A DNA stretch of 64,000 nt from NCBI RefSeq assembly GCF_009914755.1, contig NC_060929.1. The stretch is one strand, 5' to 3'. Both the position numbers and the translations under genes were made by a program. This DNA comes from the human T2T-CHM13v2.0 reference genome, Homo sapiens. Within the stretch, counting starts at the first letter, position 1, and each line of letters begins with the position of its first letter. Under the pieces are notes generated by a model, which was not told where the DNA came from, made no database searches, and saw only the letters and a program-made list of their open reading frames with translations. Positions 27,321-39,260 of this stretch are shown piece by piece.

Positions 27321-29799
27321 ATGGCCAAAATTACCATAATGATCAACTCCTGGGTTGACGTCCAGGACCTGCTTCCTTCTGTTTTTTCAAAAAAACTCAG
27401 TCTGTACACACTAGCCAGATACTCTGCCAGATGTTGGAGACACATCAATAAATAAGGTGGCCCTGCCCTCAACCCTGGAAAATCCTTTTGGATCTCAGCT
27501 TCATCTTCATGGTGAGGGCCAAACCTACTCTTAGGCTCAAATGACATGAACCCAGGCCCTAAAGTGACATGGTATGGCACCTATTCCCACACCTACTTTG
27601 GAGACTTGGTTCTGAAACTTTTCTCTGCCTGGTGCCCTGTGCCTGAACCCCTGCCTGGATTACCTGCCTCTACCTGAATTTCCCACAGGGCTGGTGGTAG
27701 CCTTTTGCTTACTGGTTCCTCTATCTTGTATCACACTCAACACACAGCTCTGCTTGCGGTAGCTCCTAGGCAAAGGCTGGTTCACTGATCATGCTGAGAG
27801 CTCCAAGATTAACTTTGCTTCTTTGTCAGTCTTATCTTCTGGTACATGGGATTTTTACCAAGCAGCTCAAGTTGACTTTGTAGCTTTCACTCCCCAGGTT
27901 GGGCAGCACTGAGTGGATGCTAGGAGTGCTGACTACTTGGCTGGGCAAAACAAAACCTGCTGTCTCCAGCTCAGGCCCACTAATCAAGAGGTCCGTGGGC
28001 CTCTTGATTGTCCACTGATGAGAACTAGCTTTGAGAATATGGGATTGAATCTTCCTTTGTGGGAACAACTCCTGTATAGCCTGACTTGGATATCCATAGA
28101 GTTGGGGGTGAAGTATTCTGTATGAGAACCTTCTAGGGGTAGGGCAGAAATCTTTAACTCTTACTTAACAGAATAACCCTTTCTTTTTTAATGAACTCTG
28201 TATACAACAGATAAAGGGATGCTTCTTGGAGGGGGTGAGGCTTGGCTAGGAGGGTAGAACACAGACTGTGGTTTATGTCCTTGTCCACCTGCCCTCCTCA
28301 ACTTTAGGTCTGCATTTGAGACCCATCTTTGATATGTGCTAACTTAGGACTTGGGGAAAACATTGCCCAAGTCTTGACTTTGGGTTCCTCATCTGTGGGG
28401 ATTCATTCATTCATTCAACTATATTCTTAACACCAGATATGTACCAAGACTATGCTAGGAATACTGAAATGCACAAAACAGACATTGGGGTCATGGGACT
28501 TACTCAGGTGAGGGAGACACAGTCACGAAAACGAAGCCTATGACAAAATGAGTGAAGGAGAGTTTTGCTGTCCTGAGAGAGGTGTGGTGTGGCAAGGGTG
28601 GGTGTGGGGGCAGACCTTGAGTGCTAAGGAATAGTCTATCCTAACAGTATAAACAGGGGGCAATGATACTATCCCTTTTAACCTTACAGGTATTGATTGT
28701 GTGGCTAAGTGAGATAATTTGAGAACTCTTTGGCTTCAGACACATGTAAAAACTGCTTCTCAAAAGTCACTTTCCAAAGATAGTAGCCCCTTTTCTTACA
28801 CAATCTAATGAGAACTAACCCTCATGAAATCCTAAACTTACCCTTTATCGCCTTAATTGTAGTTGTTAGTTAATTATATATTTAGCATCTGCTTTCTCTC
28901 TAAAGCTAGAAGGATGGGGGTTGTATCTGTCTTCATCTGTCTAACCCCAGCCCTGACTATAACTGAGTAGATGCTTGATAAATATTTATTGAATGAATCA
29001 ATAAAGTGATTAGAGAGGACACTGAGATCTAATATGTGGTTTGGAAAATTATAGTATTCTGCAGATTTGGGAAATGTCTCATTTGGGGATTTAGAGGCCA
29101 CCGAATCAACCTTATCTTATGCATGAGGAAAAAAGACCCAGAGAGGGGAGGCAACCTGGCCAAGCCACACACTGAGTCACTGGCTCACTGTGTTATTGTT
29201 CTCTTAGTTCATGGTTGTTTTCTTCATAGCTATAGCTGTTTTATCTGAAGTGAGATAAGCTCTTAGGATTGTCTCTTAAAGTATAAGTCTGTGCCTCTGT
29301 ATTAGGACTCAGGCAAGCAAAGTAGCCACCCTTGGAAATTCCTCTCTCCTGGCCTGCTGTCAATGCCTGGCACCCTGCCATTAGGGAAGCATCACATTGC
29401 ATTCAGTTTTGTCCTCTACAGCTGCCTGTTTGAGAAGGCGTGTGTGATTGGGAGAGGTAGCCAAAACCCCATTTGGTAAAACGTGTATCTAAGTGATCTG
29501 CTGCTTGGAATGTGAAATTCAGATGAACATGAATGTTTGTTTAAAGAATGCTAGCACTGTAAAGAGAGCTATAAACATAAGGGATAGCTAACTGATGGGT
29601 AGAGAGGAGGCGTAGGGTATGTGAACTCAGTTGGATGCAGAGGGGATGTCACACAGACACAAAGAACCAAAGGGAAATGTTTGTAGAAATGAAGCATTGG
29701 CAAGCAACATGAGTTGCTGCAAGTTGCAGGCACTGCACTGCATGGAGGAAAAGGATGGCACAGATGAACCAGAGGCAGCTGGGTCAGTTTGTTTTTGCA

Positions 29800-30790
29800 C
29801 TCCCCAAATTGTTATTGAATGTTCCCAGGTGCCCAAGCCCTGTGCCAATGCCTGGAGTCTGGGCAGAGCAGAGAGAGATGGCAGTCCCTCCTCTCATCGT
29901 GATTGTAAAGTGGAGGGAGAGACAGATATTAAGCAAATAATCGTGGTAAAAAATTATATAAACTTTGATAATTGTGCCAAAGGAATAGGATGTGATCCTG
30001 TGAGAACAAGTAATATGGAAACTCCCCAAGACTGTGTGCAATGGGGAAAGTGGAGGGGTAGGGGTGTGTGTGTGTGTGTGAGGAGTGAGCAACCTTTCCT
30101 GAGAACGTGAGCTAAAACCTAAAGGATGAGCTGAAGCTAACTAGATGGATGAAGGCCTGAGGAAAAGCAAGAGTTCCAAGTAGAGGGAACAGCATGTTAA
30201 AAAGCCATGAGTCAGAAGGAAGCAGGTAGCAGGAAACAGAGGAAAGTAAGGGAGCGAGGGGGTTAATTTCTGCAATAAAAGGCTTGGGAGGGCAAGCAGG
30301 GATGCCGACCTTGCTGATCCTAGAGGCCCAGTGCTACTCAGAGTGGTCTCTGTGTGGGGGCCGCACTCCAACTGTGAATTATAGACCTGTAGGGAGCTAG
30401 GCACAGAATGGAGAATAAGCTTTTAGTGCAACTTGACAGAGCAACTTTATGTCTGCTGAAGCTAGTATTTTGTATGTCTTTTTAATTCATTTTCAAGCAA
30501 TTCATTGTTATTTTACAACTTTTCAATTGTTTTCAACGGATTGGGGTCGAGGAAACCTGGTCGTTTACTCTAGAATTTGGTCTTTATTCAGAAGCCGTGG
30601 AATGATTTTGAATAGGGGGCATGACAGAATCATATGCTCAGTTTTGCAAGGCTGTTGTGGGCACAGCAGAAGGCCGGGAGGCAGCAAGGGGGCCAACCTA
30701 GGGGGTCTGGAGAGAGGAGGGTGCAGCTTAGGCCAGGGAGCTGGCTGAAAGGATGGAGAAACATGAATGGATTTAGGATTGGGCAGAACT
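29800..30790 (-). mobile_element. L2 interrupted by a hAT-Charlie MITE
   Basis: GTTATTGAATG...GTGCCAAGCCCTGTGC...GAGGGAACAGCATG...; resumes GGGGCATGACAGAATC after the MITE. Confidence 0.65.
30329..30590 (+). mobile_element. hAT-Charlie non-autonomous element (Charlie18a-like)
   Basis: Starts CAGTGCTACTCAGAGTG (Charlie terminus); internal GCAACTTGACAGAG..ACTTTATGTCTG..GTATTTTGTATGTC. Confidence 0.55.
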
Positions 30791-32319
30791 GACTTCTTTG
30801 GCAGGAATTTTTGTCAAGGCAGACAAAAGAGAACGGGAAAGAAGACTTTATTTAGAGAGAGCCTGGTGGGTTGGTAGTAGAAAGTTTTATTGCTGGCAGT
30901 ACAGAGGGGCCAACATTTCCCAGAAAGAAAGGTTCTCTTTCCCTCAATGGGCAAGAGAGCTGGGAGCACTTGTCTGGGTGAAGGAAGAAACAGGGAGCTG
31001 CCACCCATGACTCGTCCACAAGTGCTGGGTGCTGGGCCAGAGAAGGGCATTGGAGAGGTTTGACCCTTGACAGTGCTCACTAGCTCTCTACAACCTGCAG
31101 GTTCATATATAATGTGATTAGTGCTTCCTGGGGCATGTGGGCAAGTGAAGAGCTCAGTAGATTGAGTTGCCATGGTAGGGGAAGACCATGTCCCAAAAAA
31201 TAGGTTACTTTGTGTGAAGAGGGAACTCTACTCCAGTCCTTGCCAACAAAGCATCACCATTTTGACCTTTGTTTTGGATCCCAGGTGCTGTCTAGCAGTA
31301 GCCTAACCAAGCTTCAAGGATAGTTTGGCAGAGGAGAGGCAGACATGGTGGGGTGCACCTGAGTGAGCTGTTATTGGTGTTATCTGGGCCCCTAAAAGGC
31401 TCTAGAAGACTGGCTTCTTTTAAATATTTCTCAGTTAAGTACTGGTCCTTCTGTGAATTTTGCTGCATTTGAGATATTTCATTTATCAGCCACATTGCTG
31501 CAATAAATCAAATTTGCTCTGGTCATACTCTTTACCTAGTGGCAGTTGGAAAATGGATTCAGGTCTTTGTCAATTTAATCTCAGATCTGTTTTGCTGAAG
31601 GCAAAGCCAAGAGGGTGACAGAATCACAGGTCATTGCCACAATAGAAGGGTACTGGTCCTATCTGGTAGAAGTCAGAGGCAGTGGTTAGGTGGAAGGCAT
31701 GACCCTCTGTCCACACTTCTCCTATTCACAATGCCTTTACTCCTGTCAGGGCATGCGGATTTAATATGATAGAATTATGTATTATCAGTGCATAAAGACA
31801 TCTTAATGATTATCTATAGCTTAGGAATGGCAAAAACAAGGCATCCTTGCCATTACTTCCTTTTCTCTTTCAGGCAGATATCAAGAATTGATCCCCGTAT
31901 TCTATGTAGCCTCAGAATCCTTCTCAACACACCACTCCAAGCAGATACTACTGATCAGCTGGAGTTAGCATGTAATCTAAGGAGACTTACATTAGTTTCC
32001 TTGGACTGCTTTAATAAAGTACCACAAACCGAATGGCTTAAAGCAGCAAACCCTTTTCCTTTCACAGTGCTGGCAACTAGAAGTCCAAAATTGAGGTGTT
32101 AGCAGGGCCATGCCCTCTCCAAAAGGTCTAGGAAAGAATTCTTTTTTGCCTCTGAGTTTCTGTTGGTTGACATCAACCCTTGGTGTTCCTTGGCTTGTAG
32201 GTGCATTACTCCAGGCTCTGCCTCTGTCTTCATGTGGCCTCTTTCCCTATTTGTCTGTGCCCAAATTTGCTTCCTTTTATTAGGATACCAGTTACAGGAT
32301 TAGAATCCACCCTAGTTCA

Positions 32320-32478
32320 ATTGAATAGAGACTTGAACATGTCGAAAATTCATAAAATCGTACATGAAAATGATAATCTACATTTAGGATGGTGATGAAC
32401 TCCAGGGAAGAAAAAGAGGGATTGAAATTGAGAAGAGGTCCCCAGAGTGATTTGAATCTATTTGTAATCCATTACTGT
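32320..32478 (-). repeat. Inverted copy of 37331-37489
   Basis: Manual ungapped alignment: 151/159 identical to the reverse complement of 37331-37489. Confidence 0.95.
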
Positions 32479-32615
32479 GCCTAGCTCCCCACAGATCAAT
32501 AATTCACAGCTGGAGTACAGCCCCCCAACACAGACCACTCTGAGTAGCACTGGGCCTCTAGCATCAGCAAGGTCTGCATCCCTGCTTTTCCTCCCAAGCC
32601 TTGTGTTGCAGAAAT
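32475..32615 (-). repeat. Inverted copy of 30266-30406
   Basis: Manual ungapped alignment: 126/141 identical. Also visible as paralogous ORF-track peptides at 30141..30404(-) and 32477..32740(+). Confidence 0.95.
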
Positions 32616-32737
32616 CCACCCTAGTTTACCCTCATCTTAACTTGATTACATTTGCACATTTATCCCAGGTGAACAGACATTTTGGGGGGTACACTATTCA
32701 ACCCAGTATAAGACCCAGAGCTATCCAGATCCCATTC

Positions 32738-32870
32738 TAAATTCCCATTTTGCAGATGAGAAATCTGAGGTTTAGAGAGAAAAAGGGACTTGCTGAAAAT
32801 TACATGATTATTAACAATAGGTGCAAGATAGGACTTAGAATTCCAGACTGCCAGTCTAGTGTTTTTCTGG
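32738..32870 (-). mobile_element. MIR
   Basis: CCCATTTTGCAGATGAGAAATCTGAGG...GGACTTGC. Confidence 0.65.
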
Positions 32871-33842
32871 TGTATATCTGAATGAAGCATTAGAAAAAAG
32901 ACTGCTCCTCTTTCCCAGGAAAGGCTTAAATAATCTAGTTTGATTATGTAAGTTTGGTTTGTTTCTGTGAATTTCTACCCTCCAGAGTAACCCAACTGAG
33001 CAAGAAAAGTGACGATTCTTGCTTTCAAGTTATGATGCTTTCCATGAGACTGAGTCTGAAAGGAGATTGTGGTAAAGTGAAGTCCTGACCTGCCATGTGC
33101 TGAGTGTTCCTAGCCTGGTTCCAAGCACCACTCTGGACGTACACAGATAGATGCTTGACAGGTATTTGGTGAATTTGATGTGCAACACATGTTTGGTAAA
33201 TAAAAATTTCATATATCATTTGCTTTTGCCTGTTTTGACACAGAAGAAACTTCGGAATAATAAAGCTGATTTGGGAAAGGTAGAGAGAACTGGAAGTATC
33301 TCTAGACAGACTGTAAAAGATATAGACCAGAAAGAAATGGGAAGTGGCAAAACTGGGGACTGCCTTTACCTATTTCATTCACTTCATGCTTATTCTGACT
33401 CTAGTTACCAGGGAAGGAGGGAAGAGAGCAAACATAGAATACCTTTGCAGTGTTTCTTGGCTTGCATTATGCCAAGCATTGGGCTGGGTGCTTTATAAAC
33501 ATCCTTGATGTAATTCTCTTAACTTAGATAGATGCTATTATGCCTACTTTATAGGTTAGGAAAAAGTAATTCATTTGTCCAAAGTCACACAGCTAGTAAA
33601 TCTTGGGGTCTGGACTGAAAGCAATTCTTTTCCAAAACCATTTTCTTTTTAAAATGTATACCTAAGTGAGTTGTGGGTATCACTTCTGTTTCAGGAGCAA
33701 GGCATGAGAAGCTCTATCTTTGCAAATAATTTGCTTTTGATAAAGCTATTTCTTTTGCAGAAGCATCACATGTCATCTGAACATTTAAAAAATATTTTTC
33801 GTGTCTCTTAGAAATTCTCATGACATTTCCATCATATAGCCT

Positions 33843-33889
33843 TTAGATAGTGTGGTCTTCAAAATTAGATAGTGTGGTCTTCAAAATTA
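33843..33889. repeat. Perfect 22-bp tandem duplication
   Basis: TTAGATAGTGTGGTCTTCAAAA x2 (33843-33864, 33865-33886) plus TTA. Confidence 0.95.
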
Positions 33890-33924
33890 CATGGTGGACA
33901 CTTACAACCCTTAGGTGACTTAAA

Positions 33925-34030
33925 AGAAAAGCTTTACTGAGATATAATTTACTTATAAAATTCATCCACTTTAAGTATGAAATTCAATGATTATTATTAT
34001 ATTACAGAATTGTGCAACTGTCACCTAAAT
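33925..34030 (-). mobile_element. L1M 3' end fragment
   Basis: AGCTTTACTGAGATATAATTTAC...TTAAGT...AATTCAATGA...TTGTGCAAC. Confidence 0.65.
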
Positions 34031-35299
34031 TGAATTCCTTTGGTAACTTAGTTTGTACGCTGTAACGGATCAATTATCCAAGAGGATGAGAGAAGTCATT
34101 GCAGATATAAGGAACGACATGAATAAAGGTGTCAGGATGGGGACATAGAGATCATATGAAGAGGAGTGGATAGTCCTATTTGGCTGGGTATAAAATGAGT
34201 AAAAAGAGAAAAATAAATAATACTAGGGCTGGGTAATAACAATGAACAGATCATTTCCAGAGAGCTGGTTTGGTGGGAAGAAGGCACGGACTATTTGTTG
34301 TCCAAGGCAAAGCTGGTGGAGAAAGAAAGGAGGGAGGGTTAGTGACAGTTCCTCTGCTTTTCTCTATACTGTAGAGGGGACCCCGGTGGGGCCTCCAGCC
34401 AAGTTGGATGACAGCCAGTATGCCGAATGATGGATTTGCCAGATGAGCGAGTCATTAATTCCCTGAGGATATGTTATCTTGGCTTGCTCATGGCTTTATC
34501 TGTGAATGAATGAGCTTTGTCTGACCAGAACTTTGTTGTCTCTTAATTTTGTCACATATGGCCCATTCTTGCTGTTTATCTTCTGCCCCTTGTCTTCATC
34601 CTGCTTGTTCCCCTCTATCTCCTTCTCCTGCCTCTATCCTGGAGGTAAAATGGCAGTGGGCAGTTCTCCTAGAGTGAATTTGGGTATTTGTCTGACAGTT
34701 TTATATGAACAATCCTTTGCTGAATTGATTTTCACTGTACTAGCTTCTGTCTATCAGCTTTCGAGCCCAGACAGTTGGCTTTGATAGATACTTTGCCACT
34801 CCGTGATTTCTGCATTGACCTTTTGGTGCTTTCTTTTTTCCCTGCATATAAGGACAAAGGCCACAGCCATCCTCAGCAGGTCACGAACTTCAAGAAGGAA
34901 GAATTGTAATAGCAATTGTGAACTGCTTAGGCTTCCTCCAAAGGAAAGGGTGAGGTAAATGGAAGGCATTGTACAGTTATTATGTGATATCACATATATT
35001 AGTTTTTCTCTCCAAATCATTGCCTAGGGCTCTGTTTTGAAATTGGTTTTTACCCTCCTTGCTCTTATTGCAGCCTTCGATGTTCCCATTCCATATTTAA
35101 CTTTTCTGCAATTCAGCACCTGCTCTGTTAGCACACTTCCCTTCCAGGCTTTTAGCGTGAAGCACCTGCATTTAGATCAGCCTAAGCTGTGTGGGATCAG
35201 GGTGTACTCACAGCCCAAACTTCTAGAACTTCCTCTCATTCCAAGGAGGGTGAGGGCCAAGGAACCTGGACCCCAGAAAGACTGCTTCTCCTGCCCTAT

Positions 35300-35555
35300 T
35301 TAGTGTAGTGATTGAGAGTATGAATTCTGGTTTGAGCCATAGCTCTGCCACTTACCTGCTGTGTGACCTCAGGTAAGTACCTTAAACTCTCTGTACCTTA
35401 GTTCCCTTATCTGTAAAACGAAAGCCACAGTAGCACCCACCTCATAGGGCTGTGAGAAGAACTAAATGAGTTAATGCATGTAAAACACTTAGAGCAATGT
35501 CTGGCATATAATAAGTGCCCTGAAAGTATTAGTAATGTTGATTTTCTTAGCTATT
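35300..35555 (+). mobile_element. MIR, near full length
   Basis: GCTCTGCCACTTACCTGCTGTGTGACCTCAGG...CTGTAAAA...CCTCATAGGG...AAATGAGTTAATGCATGTAAAACACTTAG. Confidence 0.85.
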
Positions 35556-35994
35556 AATTCTTATTTCCTTTTAAGCATATTGGGATGGCATCAGGAGGCC
35601 TGGATTCTGCTCCAGGCACAGCTGTCAAGTTTCCGCGCGACTCAGAGACGTCATTTCTCCAAAATTTGGCTTCCTCTTCAATTAAATGAGACTTACAGTC
35701 TCAGGCCTGCCCTGCTCATTGCCCAGAGTTGCTCTGAGGATAAAATGACACAGCAGACATAAACAGGCTTTGTAAATATGAAAGAGCTGCCTGCAGAAAT
35801 GGTGGTGAGATGTTCCATGTTCTGTAAAGGGATGACCTTGTGAAGGTATTTCTTGGAAAAGGTGGCTTGGTCTCAGGGAACAAGAGTCCTCCTTGGAAAC
35901 AGTGAGATCCTGATTATTCTCAGCCCTGATTGGCTTAGCATTGTTTTGAGATATCTTCTTTCTGGGGTCTCCTGGGAGAACAGTGGTGGTATTA

Positions 35995-36660
35995 CCTCTT
36001 AGCATCAGCATTCTTAGTTGTAAACAACAGAAACCAGTGCTTGTTAATTTAAGCAGTAAAGTGGCAAAGGATTTAATTAGATGGAGTTGGGTAGCTCAGA
36101 GTGTCCTGGAGCACCAGAGAACCAGGAGGCTGTGGATCAGTGGCCAAAGTCACACAGCAGAACTGGTCCAGAATGGATGCCATGGTAGCACTGCTGGGCA
36201 CAGGCTCTGCAGCTTATACTCACACAAGACAAGAGTGTTGTAGGGGGCACCCAGAACTGGAACTCATCATGGTCCAGGAATCTCTTAGCACAGCTACCCT
36301 CTGTGGGGAGGCTTTATTCTCTACCACCCCTGACTAGCTTTTCTTTTGGGTGGGAAACAGGGCCACATAGAGCGTTGCACCCATTTTTAAGTTCCACCAC
36401 CAGAGGAAAGGATCATCTTCTTTTGGTTCTCATTCAAAGAAGGCAGCCCAGGAAAAGGATTGTCTCTGGTTGGCTGAGCTTTGGGCTATTGCCCATTCTT
36501 GGACCAATCAGTATAGAGCTTGGTGGTGAAATGTCAGGATTGGCCCAGCTTGCTGCCATGGGAAGTTTACAGCCCTGGGTGGAAGGATGCCATTGGAATG
36601 GTGCAAAGAGGAGGATAGATTTCTCAGAGGTGGGGATGGGAGATGGGAAGGGCTGATCTC
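35995..36660. mobile_element. Old MaLR LTR (MLT1L/N-like)
   Basis: ATTCTTAGTTGTAAACAACAGAAACC...TTAAGCAG...GGTTGGCTGAGC...GGACCAATCAG. Confidence 0.5.
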
Positions 36661-36879
36661 GGTCATACTTTCACCATCAGGCACTACAGGGGGATTTGCA
36701 GTCTGCCCTTTTTTTTTTTTGTTTACACTATGCTATGGCACTGACCAGGCCTTCATAATTCCATGTTAGCATCTCCCTGTCTATGCAGGGCTGTTTGATC
36801 ACATCTCTCCTTGCACAAAAAACCTTCATTACTTTCAAACTAGAGTCCACGATCCTTATTATAAACACTGAAGATTTAA

Positions 36880-37190
<311 letters not shown>

Positions 37191-37204
37191 AACCCCATTC
37201 TTTT

Positions 37205-37760
37205 TTTAAAAATTTTTTTATAATAATATATTTCAAACATAAAGAATAATAACATGAGTACATATGTACCCCCAATTGACCTTTAACAGATTTAACATTT
37301 TGCTATATTTGTTTAATGCTTTTTAAATAAACAGTAATGGATTACAAATAGATTCAAATCACTCTGGGGACCTCTTCTCAATTTCATTCCCTCCTTTTCT
37401 TCCTTGGAGTTCATCACCATCCTAAATGTAGGTTATCATTTTCATGTACGACTTTATGAATTTTTTGCATGTTCAAGTCTCTATTCAATGCATAGTATTG
37501 CTTTGCATATTTGTAAACTTTATAGAAATACTGCCCTACTATACATATCCTTTTGCAGTCTCCCTTTTGCATTGAACATTATTTTTGAGATTTATTCACA
37601 CTGGTATGTGTAGATCTAGTATATATTCATTTTATCCGCCATATAGTGTTTTATTCATCTATCTCTGATTGATGGGTTTTTCTTTTTCTTTTTTTCTACC
37701 GTGAGCCCTGCAGCAGTGAGCATTCTTGTGCAAACCTTGGGGAGTATACGCAGGAGTGGA
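37205..37760 (-). mobile_element. Old L1M (L1MC/ME-like) 3' region; donor of the inverted copy at 32320
   Basis: TATTTCAAACATA...TTAACATTTTGC...TTTTTGAGATTTATTCA...TAGATCTAGT...TTCATTTT. Confidence 0.7.
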
Positions 37761-38719
37761 ATCACATCAGGGAGAAGGACAGGCAAAACAAAGTCATAGC
37801 CCAACAACTTTCCCACCATGCAGAGCTAGCAGGTGATTAAACCCAGGAAATCCCTGGCAGGACTGATCAAACAGGGTTTAGCAGCTTGTGAAATGGGACT
37901 TTATTTCTTTAGCTAATCCCTTGTTGGGGAGGGGGAGGGAGATCTGAGATCTGACTTCAGCATGATCTGGAGGTAGGCGAGCCCAGACTACTTAAAATAT
38001 TTGCTGATCACAGAGATGGGCCTTTTGAGTGACAAGAGAATGGCAGAGTGTACCTTTACTCCCCTTTCTTTGAGTCATGCCATAAACAGCATTTACTCTG
38101 CTTTGGAAAAATGCAGGGGTAAGAAAAAGCATAGAGTTTGGAGTCAGAGAGAGCCAAGTTTGTGTCTGTATGTCTGCCATTTACCAGTTGCATGACCATG
38201 TTAATTATTTACATTCTCTGAACCTCAATTTTCTTATCTGTGAAATGAGTCCCACTGATGTCCCCTGCTTTCAGCATCAGTAGTGCCACTGCCCTGAGTT
38301 GTCTGGATTGGGCTGTAGCCAGAAACCTCAAGTCCACCATGCCACGGTTCCTTGAGTCAAGTCCTGTTGGCTATAGACCTTCAGGTGAGCTCTGAATGTT
38401 GACGTTTCCTCCTCACCCAGGATTTACTGCATCTGCAAAGCACTCTGACTGCCTGCCAGGGCCTGAGCCTGTCTTGGAACTCTCTATGCATGACTGGATA
38501 CCCAGCTAATTCTTACCAGGCCTCTTCTCTGTGGGACTTGACCCTAATTCTTATCTATTCCTTCCCTCTGGCCTTGCCATTGGATGTGGAATTTCCAAGA
38601 ACTCATGTCATATTTGTATCATCATGACTCTCATATAGGCAGCTCCATATGTGGCACCCTTACTGTAAACCTGATGGTGAGCTCAGCCCTCTACATCTAC
38701 ATGTGTTTATATTGAAGTG

Positions 38720-38960
38720 TGTAGGAAGGGGTTGAGAGCACATTTCACTTTTTGGAGCCAGATACATTTGGTTTCAGAGTGTGAGCTTCCTTATCTTTTT
38801 TTTTTTTTAAGGTAATATGTTTCTGGATGACTAGATAAATTTTAAAAAAGATAATAAAACTTTTCTCCTGGGGTTATTATAAAGAGTAAAAATGTCATAA
38901 GAGTAATGCTTTTAGTATAGTGTCCAGCTCACACTCAGCACTCAATAAATTACAAGTCAA
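38720..38960 (+). mobile_element. MIR
   Basis: GGTTGAGAGCAC..TTTGGAGCCAGA...GCACTCAATAAAT. Confidence 0.55.
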
Positions 38961-39004
38961 CATGCTATAATAGGTTGAAGGCTACATGTAGAAGCGAGAT
39001 AGCC

Positions 39005-39260
39005 AGAGTGATGAAAGGCATGGGCTCTGCAACCAGATGGGCTGAGTTTATATTCTGAACTCTCCACTTCTATGATACAGCCCTGGGCAGGTGATCGAAC
39101 CTCTCTGTGCTTCAGCTCATTTATTCTCCAGAGGAGGATAATCATACAAACTCACAGGTCTTCAACTGTGAGAAACAAATGATGTTACCTATATAAAGCA
39201 GTGGGAACAGTGCCTGGCACACAGGAAATGTTCAATGCATGTCAATAAATTCATTACATT
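39005..39260 (+). mobile_element. MIR
   Basis: GGGCTCTG...CCTGGGCAGGTGA...CCTCTCTGTGCTTCAG...AACAGTGCCTGGCACACAGG. Confidence 0.75.

Larger units (their letters stand above)
31990..32710 (-). mobile_element. MLT1C-like MaLR solo LTR interrupted by a ~295-bp composite insert
   Basis: ATTAGTTTCC...ACCACAAAC...GAAGTCCAAAATTGAGGTGTTAGCAGGGCC...CCTTGGCTTGTAG...; after the insert CTCATCTTAACTTGATTACAT...ACACTATTCAACCCAGTA. Confidence 0.85.

Noticed and set aside
29631-30110. 159-aa ORF (+)
   Set aside because: Non-ATG start, mostly within a degenerate L2 and a GT repeat, no recognisable domain.
32318-32612. Insert as a retrotransposed spliced RNA, or as independent L1 and Charlie insertions
   Set aside because: No poly(A), no GT-AG pair at the A/B junction, and segment B includes the locus-specific L2/Charlie boundary.
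30141-32740. Two paralogous ORFs (MPSSLQVYNSQLE... / MPSSPQINNSQLE...) suggesting a small gene family
   Set aside because: The similarity is just the 141-bp inverted DNA copy. Both ORFs start at GTG, lie in repeat-derived sequence and diverge completely beyond the copied segment.
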